Part shown: one piece after another, positions 26,862 through 36,692 of the stretch
Position numbering within the stretch: position 1 is the stretch's first letter
Layout: each line of letters begins with the position of its first letter
Origin: Planctomycetota bacterium
GTDB lineage: Bacteria; Planctomycetota; PLA2; JAEUHO01
Direction: 5' to 3'
Assembly: GCA_965222115.1 (NCBI GenBank)
Contig: CBDCTJ010000007.1
Coordinates: 1,952,001-2,016,000 of the forward strand
DNA: 64,000 nt
Made by a program: the position numbers and the translations under genes
The notes under the pieces: generated by a model
The model's database searches: none
What the model saw: only the letters and a program-made list of their open reading frames with translations
What the model was told of the DNA's origin: nothing

Positions 26862-28646
26862 GTGATGCGGAATTCAGCTCTTTCGGATCTCACCAGGACG
26901 TCGGTGTGGATCCTTCTCGTGTTGGTAGGCGTTGCCATTGTTGGGGGCGGGCGCGGCGAACTCGCGCGGGCGGACGGCGAATCTGAGAACAAGGCGGCGC
27001 CAGCCTTGCGCTACCTCACATCGAGCGACGTGATGCAAACGCTCAAGCAGTTGAAGCTAGATCACACGATGCCCGAAGGCATGGATTGCCTCGTGCTCAA
27101 GTACGGCAAGAGCGCACTCGATCGACCACTTGCTGCGATATTCATAGGCCGTAAACAGGCGCCCACCGTCTTGGTGCACGGTGGACTCATGGACCGAGAT
27201 TGTGCTGGTACCGTCGCTTGCGTGGAATTGGCGCGTCGCATCCTCGCCAATATTGACACCCATACGAAGTCTGTCTCGTGGCTCATCATTCCCGCGCCGC
27301 ATCCCGATGCGCTCGATGCGTTTCTGGCGGGAAGACCTAGTAGAACGCACAAGTCCTACTTGGTGGATCGCGACTTGGATGGCACACGCGGGGAGGACGG
27401 ACCGCACGATATCAATGGCGACGGTGTGGTTGCCGAGATGCGAATACGAGATGCATCCGGTACCTGGGTTCCCAGCGAAAAGGACAACGAGTCTTCAAAG
27501 AAAGACGAATCAGAGGCATCGCCGAGTTCAGGCCGGGAAGAAATGGAAGACGCCGGTGTGGATGCGCGCCGTGCCGTGTCATACCGGCTGTTGGACGAAG
27601 GTGCGGACCTCGATGGGGATGGTGAAATCGGGGAAGACCCACCGTCGCTCGACCTCAGTCGCAACATGACCGGTTATTGGACGCACGCGGGTCCGTGGGG
27701 TGGCGAAGGGCCTTTTCCTGGGTGGGCGCCCGAGACGAAGGCGCTCATGGATCTCACGTACGGCATCACAAATTTGGTGGCCTGGTACAGCTTCACCAGT
27801 TCGGGCGATGAAATCCTCCGCGCGAATGCCAATGGAAAGATCAACGATGCCGATGGCGCCCTCTACAAGCGCATTGCCGCCGCTTTGAAAGAACGCGTCG
27901 GCCTCAAGACCATCAAAGCATCCGACTCCTACGAAGCGGGCAATCCTGGTTGCGATCTCGACTGGGCGGGTGTTCACCTCACTGTGCCGGCGTTTCGCGT
28001 TCCCATTTGGCGCTTGCCGATGATGCCTATGAAGAAAGCGGCGAAGGACTCTTCTAACGATGAGGAGGTCAAGAAGAGCAAGGCAAAGGATGAGGCGAAA
28101 CCAAAGCCATACGCCTCTTGGCTGGCGTGGGATGAAGCCGAAAACGGCGGGGAAGGGTTCATGCCTTGGACTGCACACAAGCATCCAACGTTGGGTGACG
28201 TGGAACTAGGAGGCTGGAAACCCTTCTATCGCTATGAGCCCCCCGAGTCTTATCTCTCCGCGGCAGTTGCGGCAGTCGTCGAAGCGCCACTTGTTCACAG
28301 CGAGTTTGCGCCGGCGTTGAAGCTTACGTTTGAAACCAAGTCGCTCGGGGTAGGCATTGTTGAAGTCACCGCACGAGTCATGAACGTTGGCCACGTGCCT
28401 ACCAGCACAGCGAGTGCCCGTAAGCGCAAGCGCTCCATGAGCGTGCGCGTGGAATGGGACCTAGCGGGTGACGTCACGCTTGTTGGCGGAAAGCGTCACG
28501 TGCGGGTTGGACACTTGGACGCAGGCAAGGCGTCCAAAGAACTGCGTTGGCTTCTCAGGAAGAATGATGGGGCGGCGCTTCTGGGCACGCTCAAAGCTCG
28601 GCATCGTGTCGCGGGATCGGTTTCGGAGGAGGTTCGGGTTCCATGA
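26862..28646 (+). CDS. Exported M14 carboxypeptidase homologue, probably inactive
   Basis: Colinear with the next gene's M14 domain (DxDxDG insert, GPFP..PET, HPTLGDVELGGWK), but Zn ligands are missing. Confidence 0.8.
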   Translation: MMRNSALSDLTRTSVWILLVLVGVAIVGGGRGELARADGESENKAAPALRYLTSSDVMQTLKQLKLDHTMPEGMDCLVLKYGKSALDRPLAAIFIGRKQAPTVLVHGGLMDRDCAGTVACVELARRILANIDTHTKSVSWLIIPAPHPDALDAFLAGRPSRTHKSYLVDRDLDGTRGEDGPHDINGDGVVAEMRIRDASGTWVPSEKDNESSKKDESEASPSSGREEMEDAGVDARRAVSYRLLDEGADLDGDGEIGEDPPSLDLSRNMTGYWTHAGPWGGEGPFPGWAPETKALMDLTYGITNLVAWYSFTSSGDEILRANANGKINDADGALYKRIAAALKERVGLKTIKASDSYEAGNPGCDLDWAGVHLTVPAFRVPIWRLPMMPMKKAAKDSSNDEEVKKSKAKDEAKPKPYASWLAWDEAENGGEGFMPWTAHKHPTLGDVELGGWKPFYRYEPPESYLSAAVAAVVEAPLVHSEFAPALKLTFETKSLGVGIVEVTARVMNVGHVPTSTASARKRKRSMSVRVEWDLAGDVTLVGGKRHVRVGHLDAGKASKELRWLLRKNDGAALLGTLKARHRVAGSVSEEVRVP

Positions 28647-31600
28647 AGCTGTTACGCCTATTGGCATTGGCATGTGTAGTTGCCGTACTTGCACCGTCGT
28701 CTGAAGCCAAAGACGCAGGTTACAGCACGCTGCCGAAGACGGTGAGAGACATTCACTTCGAGCGCTACTACGACGTGGAGGCGCTTTATGCTGCGATGAA
28801 GGTGTTGCATGCGGCTTATCCCAAGGCGTCTACGCTTGAATCCATGGGCAAGAGCCGAGAAGGCCGTGAGCTCTTGGTGATGACCATCTTTGATCCCGCG
28901 ACGGGCGATCCCCACAGAAAGCCGGCCATGTACGTGGACGGGAATACGCATGGCAACGAGGTCCAAGCGTCCGAAGTGTGCCTCTGGATTGTCAAGACAT
29001 TGCTTACGAGAAACGATGCGTGGACCAAGTCCCTCCTGCGTCATGTCACATTTTACGTAGCGCCCTGCGTCAATCCGGATAGCCGCCACCGTTTTTTTCA
29101 CACGCCTCAAACGCCACACTCTCCGCGCGGTGTCATGCGTCCGGTAGACAACGACCGCGACGGCTTGATTGATGAAGATGGGCCCGACGACTTGGACGGC
29201 GATGGCCACATCTTGCAGATGCGCATCAAAGATCCCGATGGCGATCGCGTCGTTGATGAACACGATGACCGACTGATGCGACGTACGAAGGCTGGCGAGA
29301 AGGGCACCTATCGCATGCTGGGCCGCGAGGGTCGCGACGACGACCAAGACGGTCTGTTCAACGAGGACGGCGAAGGCAGTGTGGATCCCAATCGCAACTG
29401 GCCCGGACATTGGCGACCCAATGCGGAACAGCGCGGGGCAGGACCGTATCCACTTTCGGAGCCGGAGACGCGTGCCACGGCGCTATGGATGTTGGGTCGT
29501 CCGCACATTGCGGGCGTTCAGAGTTTCCACAACGCGGGCCGCATGATTCTGAGGCCCCCAGCGGCGTTTACCGACAAGGAAGCCGGCCTGTTGGGTGCCG
29601 ACAAGAAGCTCTACGAAGAACTTCAGCAACGCGGCCTCCACATTCTGCCTACCTATCGCGCCCTGCAGATTCGCGAGGATCTCTACCGCGTGTATGGCGG
29701 CTTCGTCGATTGGACTTACTTCGATCTAGGCATCTTTTCGTTTACCAATGAACTGTGGGGCGATCTCGACTACGAGCGGCCCTATGACGACAACGAGAGT
29801 TCGGTTGAGAAGCAGCGCGCGCGCTTGAAGTGGAACGACCACGCACTTCACGGCGGCGGCTTTGAGCGATGGCGTGAAATCGATCATCCCGATCTTGGCA
29901 AAGTCGAGGTGGGCGGTTGGAAGCGATTTACAGTCCGCTCCAACCCGGTGGATTATCTGCAGAATACGTGTGCTCGAAACGGGCGCTTCGCTTTGGAGCA
30001 CGCCGCGTCGCTGCCTCGCGTGTCGATGACTATCGCTGCGGTCAAAGACGACCCCACGGCATGGGATGTCACGCTCACCAACGATGGGTTGTTGCCCACC
30101 ATTGGTGCCATGGCCAAGAAGCACGGTGTCTTGCCGCCGGATCGCATACGTATGAGTGGAGCCAAGATTGTTGCGGCCGTTCGTCGGAAGACTGCCGCGC
30201 CCAGCACGCCTCTTCCCGTGGAGAGAGGCGTCGTGGAGCTTGAAGGGGGCGTGCCGAGTAAAGGCCGCGTTATGCTGCGCGTGTTTGTGGAGGGCGACGT
30301 TACCGGTGCATCGCTTTCGAGTCGCTTGGGCGGTGAGATTGACGCTGCAGTTGATAAGTCCACGCCAGCCGACAAGGGCGCGAACGAAGGCGACAAAGGC
30401 GACGGAAGTAGCGCCGGGAGCGACGATCGAGTTGAGCGCAGCGAGCGCCCGCAGCCCCTCCCCAAGAACCCTGTTCCCAATCCGAACAAACCAGTTGGTG
30501 AACTCGTTGACACAGACGAAGAGTCCGGCGACAGCCCTTGGTTTACGAACATCGCCGCAGACGTTGGACTCGGTGACGCTCAGGCGAAAGGATGCGTACT
30601 CACCGATTTGAATGGCGACGGCTACTGGGACCTCTGCCTCGACAAACAGCGCTTTTATCTAAGCAAGAAGGGCGAGAAATTTACACCCCATGAGAAACAC
30701 GGAATCGAGTTTCCGGTTGTAAACCATGTGCCTCTTGGCAAAGATGGCAAGGGCAATATGGCCAAGGCCAAGGAGAGGCCTCACGTTCCGCAGTATCTCT
30801 ACTTCGCCGACGTCAACAATGACGGTAATCAGGACGCGCTTTGGGGCGTGCACAGTTCATGGGACGTGTTCACTGGACGCGCTTGGAAACGCGTGCCCGA
30901 GTGCGACCACGGGTTACGCAGTCGTGTGTATCTGGGCGATGGCAATGGCGGCTTCAAAGCCGGACCCACGTCAGAGTACACAAGTGACGAGAAAGCAGGC
31001 CCTGCGATGGCATTGGCCATTGTTGACGTCGACGGCGACGGTGTGCTCGATTTGTATGAAGGGCGCGAGTACCGACAGTACGGTGTGCTTTACGGATGTG
31101 GCGTAGACCGGCTTTTTGCCGGTGATGGGAAAGGCGGATTCAAGGACCGTACAAACCAAGCCAATCTTGAAACGCGGCCCGAACCCGGAACAAAGACCAG
31201 CTCACGGCCCAGCTATGGCGTGACGCACTGCGACTACAACAATGATGGGCACCAGGATCTGCTGCAACTTGCGTATGGCCGTCAATGGAATTACCTGTGG
31301 AAGAATAATGGAGATGGCACGTTTACAGATGTTGGCCACGAGACCAACTTTGCCGGTGACGCCATCACTCATGGCAAGTACCCGCGTGGAAACAAACGGC
31401 GTCCCGAGCAACCGTTTCGAAGCAATGGCAATACGTTTGATTGCGCGGTGGGCGACGTGGACAACGACGGCGACATGGACTTGTTCCTTGGATGCATCTG
31501 CCACCGTTGGGCGGGTGAAGCTTCGGATCTGCCGTCGATGCTCTGGAACGAGGGCGAAAAGAACCACTTCAAGTTTCGACGCGAAACGGTGGTGGATCTC

Positions 31601-32272
31601 TTGCCGAAGCGCGAGTTCCGAAGTCCGAACTGGAACTACGGCGATCTTCATGTGGCCTTCGCCGACATAGACAACGATACGCGTTTGGATCTACTGATTG
31701 GCAGCGGCGACTATCCCGATGGGCAGTTCCTGCGTTGCTACCGGCAAAAGGAAGACGGCAAATTCGAAGAAGTCACCGTGGCGTGCGGATTCAACTGGGA
31801 AGGCTGTGGTGCTCTGTCCATCGGAGATATCGACCGTGATGGCGACGTGGACATCGTTGCCGGGCGTTCGCTACAACGACTCAATAAGGCCCATCGCGAG
31901 AAATATATGGGCGGCCTTGAGAAGGGTGTCGTTGGCATATTCCGCAATGACATCAACAATGGAAACCATTGGCTCAATGTGCGCCTACGCGGCAAAGGCA
32001 AAGGCGGCAGCAATCGCAGTGGTATTGGCGCGCGCATCCTCGTCACCACCGGCGAGGTCACGCAAATGCGCGAAATCCGCTGCGGTAGCGGTCTTAGCAA
32101 TCATCAAGACCCGCCCGAAGCCTGCTTCGGCCTTGGTAAAGCTACGAAAATCGACAAACTAGAAGTTCGTTGGCCCGGGAAGAAGTCTAAGTCTCAGGTG
32201 TTTAAGAATGTTCCTGTGGATCGGTTCTTGGAGATTGCGGAAGGATCGGGGAAGTACAAAGTGATGAAATAG
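28643..32272 (+). CDS. Exported M14 zinc carboxypeptidase fused to FG-GAP/CRTAC1 ASPIC-UnbV domain
   Basis: HGNE, DPNRNW, SFHN, TNEL; many DxNxDGxxD repeats; C-terminal NHWLNVRLRG..NRSGIGARI..FGLG..LEVRWP. Confidence 0.9.
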   Translation: MKLLRLLALACVVAVLAPSSEAKDAGYSTLPKTVRDIHFERYYDVEALYAAMKVLHAAYPKASTLESMGKSREGRELLVMTIFDPATGDPHRKPAMYVDGNTHGNEVQASEVCLWIVKTLLTRNDAWTKSLLRHVTFYVAPCVNPDSRHRFFHTPQTPHSPRGVMRPVDNDRDGLIDEDGPDDLDGDGHILQMRIKDPDGDRVVDEHDDRLMRRTKAGEKGTYRMLGREGRDDDQDGLFNEDGEGSVDPNRNWPGHWRPNAEQRGAGPYPLSEPETRATALWMLGRPHIAGVQSFHNAGRMILRPPAAFTDKEAGLLGADKKLYEELQQRGLHILPTYRALQIREDLYRVYGGFVDWTYFDLGIFSFTNELWGDLDYERPYDDNESSVEKQRARLKWNDHALHGGGFERWREIDHPDLGKVEVGGWKRFTVRSNPVDYLQNTCARNGRFALEHAASLPRVSMTIAAVKDDPTAWDVTLTNDGLLPTIGAMAKKHGVLPPDRIRMSGAKIVAAVRRKTAAPSTPLPVERGVVELEGGVPSKGRVMLRVFVEGDVTGASLSSRLGGEIDAAVDKSTPADKGANEGDKGDGSSAGSDDRVERSERPQPLPKNPVPNPNKPVGELVDTDEESGDSPWFTNIAADVGLGDAQAKGCVLTDLNGDGYWDLCLDKQRFYLSKKGEKFTPHEKHGIEFPVVNHVPLGKDGKGNMAKAKERPHVPQYLYFADVNNDGNQDALWGVHSSWDVFTGRAWKRVPECDHGLRSRVYLGDGNGGFKAGPTSEYTSDEKAGPAMALAIVDVDGDGVLDLYEGREYRQYGVLYGCGVDRLFAGDGKGGFKDRTNQANLETRPEPGTKTSSRPSYGVTHCDYNNDGHQDLLQLAYGRQWNYLWKNNGDGTFTDVGHETNFAGDAITHGKYPRGNKRRPEQPFRSNGNTFDCAVGDVDNDGDMDLFLGCICHRWAGEASDLPSMLWNEGEKNHFKFRRETVVDLLPKREFRSPNWNYGDLHVAFADIDNDTRLDLLIGSGDYPDGQFLRCYRQKEDGKFEEVTVACGFNWEGCGALSIGDIDRDGDVDIVAGRSLQRLNKAHREKYMGGLEKGVVGIFRNDINNGNHWLNVRLRGKGKGGSNRSGIGARILVTTGEVTQMREIRCGSGLSNHQDPPEACFGLGKATKIDKLEVRWPGKKSKSQVFKNVPVDRFLEIAEGSGKYKVMK

Positions 32273-32538
32273 GTGGGGCTCTTGTGGAGTCGTTCCGTGT
32301 TGTCTGCGAGAGGGCGACGCTCATCTCACGCAGAGGCGCAAAGGACGCGGGGGCGCAGAGGGCGGCCTGTTTAGGAGCGCGGCCTTGCGGAAGTGGGCAC
32401 TGCTTGGTGGGGGAGGGGACTTGAAGAAAAAGCTCACACGAAGAGCGCCAAGGAACGAAGCGCAGGCGTGGCGGAGCAGTGTTCGAGAATGTGGAGGAGT
32501 GTCTGGTGGCGGGACGGTTTTTTGGAGAAGAAGGCTCT

Positions 32539-34462
32539 GTCGCGGTAGGGACTCCGGTTTCCCGGAGCCCCCCGCACAGATCCCGGCGTGCGGATTTCCC
32601 GCACCGGGCTCCTGCCTTAGGTAATGACGCGCAAGTTCATGTAGGGACGTTTGTGACGGATGCGAAGGCTTGGGAAGTAGCGTTTTTCCAAGGCATACAT
32701 GCGACACCAGGAACACCGTGAGCGTTGGCTACGCCGCCGTAGGTGGTTGCGCCAGATGCGCAGGAGCCGCCTCCGAAAGAGCTGGAGCGCTGTGCCGTTA
32801 TCGGGGATGGCATGATAGTTCAGCCAGCCCCGCATAACAGACGCGAGCCATTTAGCCACACGTACGGGTTTCCAGTGGAGTCGTTTTCGGAGCGCATCAC
32901 GGATGGCTCGTAGCGTGGCTACCAGTCGATCCGCACGCGTTCTGCGTACAACCTTGAAACGGCCTTTCCGGGTAGTTGCGCATATGTGCGTAAAGCCCAG
33001 AAACTTGAATGTGGGCGGCTTCCCTTCACCGCGTTCCGCTCGGTTTACCGCTGCAAAGCGGCCAAACTCAATCAGACGCGTCTTGTCGGGATGCAGTTCC
33101 AGCTTGAACGTGTTGAGGCGTTCGCGAAGTTCCCGTAGGAATCGCTCAGCCTCGTTCTTGTACTTGAATCCCACCACAAAGTCGTCAGCGTAGCGCACGA
33201 TGATGATGTCACCGCGCGCATGGCGCCGCCGCCACTGGTGGGCCCACAGATCAAAGGCGTAGTGCAGGTACACGTTGGCAAGCAGCGGACTAATGCCGCC
33301 CCCTTGCGGGGTGCCTGCCTTCGTCGGCCTGCGCACGCCATCTTCCATAACGCCCGCGTGCAACCACTTCTTGATAAAGCGATGCACACGTTTGTCCGCA
33401 ATCCGGTGCGAGATGAACTTCATTAGCCACTCATGGTCGATGGCATCGAAAAACCCACGAATGTCTGCATCAAGCACCCAGTTCACCTTCTTGCGCTCGA
33501 TTCCCACGCATAGGGCGTCCAGCGCGTTGTGCTGGCTGCGCCCGGGGCGGAAGCCGTAGCTGAACCCGAGAAATTCCTCCTCGTACACCGTGCCAATCAC
33601 CTCCGAAGCTGCGCGTTGGACCACGCGGTCCTCAATCGCAGGCACACCGAGTGGACGCTGCCGTCCATCGGCCTTCGGGATGTACACACGTCGCACCGGA
33701 GGCGCTCGGTACGCGCCGCGCTTGAGGCGATCGGACAAGTCCACGAGATTATTCTCAAGGTTCTTGCCGTAGGCCTCCCACGTAACCCCATCAACGCCGG
33801 CTGCGCCTTTGCGCTTGAGGCTGAAGTACGCCTCTCGAAGTCGGTCCACGGAGTACACGTGGTGCCAGAGCGTGGTGAACTTCTCATCTTTTCGTTCCAC
33901 AGCAACTTGCCGTACCCGATCCATCTTCTGGTTCAGAACATTCCGTATCTGCGCACGGGTTCTGCTTCGTCGGATCGAGTTCCCCTTGGCCAAACCCCTT
34001 CCCTTCACGTCCTCCGCAGACCGGGACGCATCCCGACCCTTGTTCGGTCGCTTCTTCGGTACTACGGGTTTGTCCGACTGCCTGCGTTCGTTCATCGTCG
34101 GCGTGACCTCATTGAGGTTCCCGACGCGGACCCGTTGCCAAAGGCGGGCCAAACGTAGGCTCTCTCAGGTTCCGTATGGAAATCTATTGGGGCATGCACC
34201 GGGTCTAAGACCGCGCAGGAGCAACTGGACGCTCGCCAAGGACGCACCCAGCCGTGTTGCCTTCTCACGTTGGTGATCGTGTCGGCCTCCTGGAATTTCA
34301 TCGTGGTTTCGCGGCTCAATACCGGGCCTACCTCCCCTCTGTCTACGCTTCGCAGCGCGCCCTTACGAGCGCCCACGCAAGACACGAGGCCGGCGTGAGT
34401 GGCTAGCTCTTCGCCGTAAGACTCTTTCATTCTCTGATCTCCATCGGCTTATCCTGACGCAC
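32539..34462 (-). mobile_element. Complete bacterial group II intron (1924 nt, IIB-like, tentatively class E)
   Basis: 5' GTGCG at 34462; domain V GAGCCCGGTGCGGGAAATCCGCACGCCGGGATC; domain VI ending CCCTACCGCGAC at 32539; EBS1 CACCAA (34270-34275) pairs with IBS1 TTGGTG (34463-34468). Confidence 0.92.
32617..34095 (-). CDS. ltrA: Group II intron reverse transcriptase/maturase (no endonuclease domain)
   Basis: AAGVDG, IPKADGRQRPLG, SYGFRPGR, GTPQGG.ISPLLAN, RYADDF, FLGF, X domain GWLNYH; ORF intact. Confidence 0.96.
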   Translation of the reverse strand: MNERRQSDKPVVPKKRPNKGRDASRSAEDVKGRGLAKGNSIRRSRTRAQIRNVLNQKMDRVRQVAVERKDEKFTTLWHHVYSVDRLREAYFSLKRKGAAGVDGVTWEAYGKNLENNLVDLSDRLKRGAYRAPPVRRVYIPKADGRQRPLGVPAIEDRVVQRAASEVIGTVYEEEFLGFSYGFRPGRSQHNALDALCVGIERKKVNWVLDADIRGFFDAIDHEWLMKFISHRIADKRVHRFIKKWLHAGVMEDGVRRPTKAGTPQGGGISPLLANVYLHYAFDLWAHQWRRRHARGDIIIVRYADDFVVGFKYKNEAERFLRELRERLNTFKLELHPDKTRLIEFGRFAAVNRAERGEGKPPTFKFLGFTHICATTRKGRFKVVRRTRADRLVATLRAIRDALRKRLHWKPVRVAKWLASVMRGWLNYHAIPDNGTALQLFRRRLLRIWRNHLRRRSQRSRCSWCRMYALEKRYFPSLRIRHKRPYMNLRVIT

Positions 34463-35103
34463 CACCAAGGACACGAAGGCCACCAAGCGCGGCTCGATAT
34501 GTGGACACTGCGTTCCATGAGGACGATCAAGGGGCGCAAGCGTCGCAGAATGCGGGTCGTGAAGATGGGGAATGGGCTTCAAGCAGTGCGTTGTTTGAAT
34601 GGGCACGCTAAGAAACAAAGCAACGAAGGCGCAAGCGTCGGAGAGCGCCTCTTGACGGGGGCGTGCGCATTCGGGGCGGAACGCTCTTTGAAGAAGAGAG
34701 TCTCTCCCAGGGCAGACGTGAGCTAGCGCTACTGATGAAGTAGTAATTTTGCTCGGAGCGGCGGCGCGGGCTTTAGGTGGGGTCGTGTCGCTTTGATGGT
34801 GGGAGAATGCTAGTTAATTCGCGGTCAACGTTCTTCATGACCCTACGACGGATGATCATTGTCTTCGCCGATAGTAGGCCGCAACATGGTCAACGGCCCC
34901 TTAGGGCCTTGGGTCAATAGCCTTATATGAACAGAGGCCGCCCTGAAAGGGCGCCGGAAGCGCGCATAACGCCAAGGGCTTGCATATTTCAATTCGATGC
35001 ATCCGCAAGTCAAACACATTCATTGGAATTGCGGTCAAGAAACGCAGTGCCGTATTCGTCACTCGGGTGCGTCGAATGCGTTACGTGTGCTATACCTAAC
35101 GTG

Positions 35104-36366
35104 ATGAGTTTCCCATTCTCACTAACGCACTTCAAACGGCCCGGCTTGCCTGAGTTGGAGATGGTAAAGATTGACGCATCGGTGATGCGGTCTGTTGCGG
35201 CAGGCAATATGGCAGTTGATAGCGCGATTCATGTATTTGTTGGCGACCATGAAGTTTCGCCGGCGGACATTGATGCGATCCGGAACGCTTGGCCTATCGA
35301 TGGAGCAAGTTTTTCCGGCGCTCGTGCTTGCGGCCCCAGCGTGTTGAAGGCGATCCTGGCGATTCCATCGCTGAAGGTGTTGCATGTGCGGGCGCTTGGC
35401 GAGGAGTTCAACACGGTCCTCGAGCAGCTTAGTAAGGCCTCGAGTCTAGAAGTGCTGACAACGGACAACTGTTGGGGGATGACAGAAAAGGGGTATTCGG
35501 AACTCACGAAGTTGTTCAATCTTAACTACCTCTACCTTGAAGAATACAACATGGGGGCGGATGACTTTGCGCAACTGGCGTCAATACCGTCCCTTGCGAG
35601 AATTCGGCTCATCGGCGCGGGTTTCGAGGATCTGTGGCCTCTCTTTGGAAGCAGGAGCATTCAAGAAATTTGGCTGAACGGAAGAGGAAGGATTTCTGAC
35701 TCTGAGGTCCTCAAATCTCGCGTGGAGGCCTTGAAGCTAGAGGGCGTGGAGCTGTTCCCCGATGAAGTCGACATGCATTGTGCCAAACCTCGCCTCGAGC
35801 ACCTACAAGTTTGGGCGCCCACCTTGTTTGCGGGCGGTCGCCTCAGGCACGTCGCCAAGAATCTTCGCGTCGTCCTTATTCAGTGTGTTGGAACCGCTTT
35901 GCACGATGTGCTGACCGCATTGCAGGCGGCCCCCATCCGCGCCTTGTCGATGAGCAAAATCGATCCATCGGTTGCAGGTACGCTGTCAAGCGTGACGGAG
36001 TTGCACTCGATGGAGGCGCTTGCGCTCTCCTGCGATTACCTCGACGCTTTGCCGCTGGATGTACTGTCTCGAATGCCGACATTGCGTGTGCTCAGGCTAA
36101 ATGGCACCGCTGGGCGTACAACGATCAGGAACATTCGGGAGATCGTGGACCGTTCGTCGATTCGAATCTTGGATCTTATGCACGTCAAGTCATCAGAGGA
36201 ACTCATTGAGCTTCCCGGACATTCTATGACAACCCTCGTGCGCCATCCGAACGCAACGTGGAGCTTGAGCGATGTGGAGGCAGCGCTTCATGTAGCCCGT
36301 TGGCGGCCTACACATGCCGCCACGCTCAGACAATTTCGGTACTACCCATGGGAAAGCACTGTCTAG
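35104..36366 (+). CDS. Leucine-rich-repeat-like protein
   Basis: Recurring LxxLxL units (IPSLKVLHV, SSLEVLT, LFNLNYLYL, MPTLRVLRL, IRILDL). Start uncertain. Confidence 0.65.
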   Translation: MSFPFSLTHFKRPGLPELEMVKIDASVMRSVAAGNMAVDSAIHVFVGDHEVSPADIDAIRNAWPIDGASFSGARACGPSVLKAILAIPSLKVLHVRALGEEFNTVLEQLSKASSLEVLTTDNCWGMTEKGYSELTKLFNLNYLYLEEYNMGADDFAQLASIPSLARIRLIGAGFEDLWPLFGSRSIQEIWLNGRGRISDSEVLKSRVEALKLEGVELFPDEVDMHCAKPRLEHLQVWAPTLFAGGRLRHVAKNLRVVLIQCVGTALHDVLTALQAAPIRALSMSKIDPSVAGTLSSVTELHSMEALALSCDYLDALPLDVLSRMPTLRVLRLNGTAGRTTIRNIREIVDRSSIRILDLMHVKSSEELIELPGHSMTTLVRHPNATWSLSDVEAALHVARWRPTHAATLRQFRYYPWESTV

Positions 36367-36692
36367 CCAGAAGTTGCGGTCAGGCGCGTGTCGCAGTGCG
36401 CCAAGGCTAGGCCCAGCGAAACGGGTCGCTGCTCGGGGTTGCGCTTCTTCCCATAGGTTTCGCCCTCAAAAGGTGGCGGAATTGTGACGGGATGGGGTTT
36501 CGAGGCAATGGGCGGCAGGGTGCCTTATGCGTAGCAGCCTATTCGCCTACGTTGCTTTCTGATGACCCGAATTGCTTGCTATGGTGAGGTCTGTCATGGC
36601 GTCGATCGATGGGTTGCCGAGGTAGCTCGGTTGCTCGTGTGCACGAAGTTTGGCACCAATGTGAGTCGTCGACCCACGACCGCTGGAGGAAC

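Larger units (their letters stand above)
32325..34710 (+). repeat. Degenerate purine-rich repeat array interrupted by the intron
   Basis: Units CTCACGCAGAGGCGCAAAGGACGC (32325), CTCACACGAAGAGCGCCAAGGAACGAAG (32433), CTCT^CACCAAGGACACGAAGGCCACCAAG (32535/34463), CACGCTAAGAAACAAAGCAACGAAG (34604). Several are preceded by TTGRAGAA. Confidence 0.55.

Noticed and set aside
32617-34095. RT as retron, DGR or defence RT
   Set aside because: Clear group II intron termini, domain V/VI, EBS1-IBS1 pairing and maturase X domain.
34092-34430. 112-aa ORF MKESYGEELATHAG...
   Set aside because: Lies within structured domain I of the group II intron RNA; a typical spurious call.
32325-34710. Repeat array as CRISPR
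   Set aside because: Units are too degenerate, spacing is irregular, and there are no cas genes.
34963-35087. attC-like ends GCATAAC...GTTACGT before the LRR gene
   Set aside because: No complementary L boxes or internal palindrome, and no integron integrase in the window.
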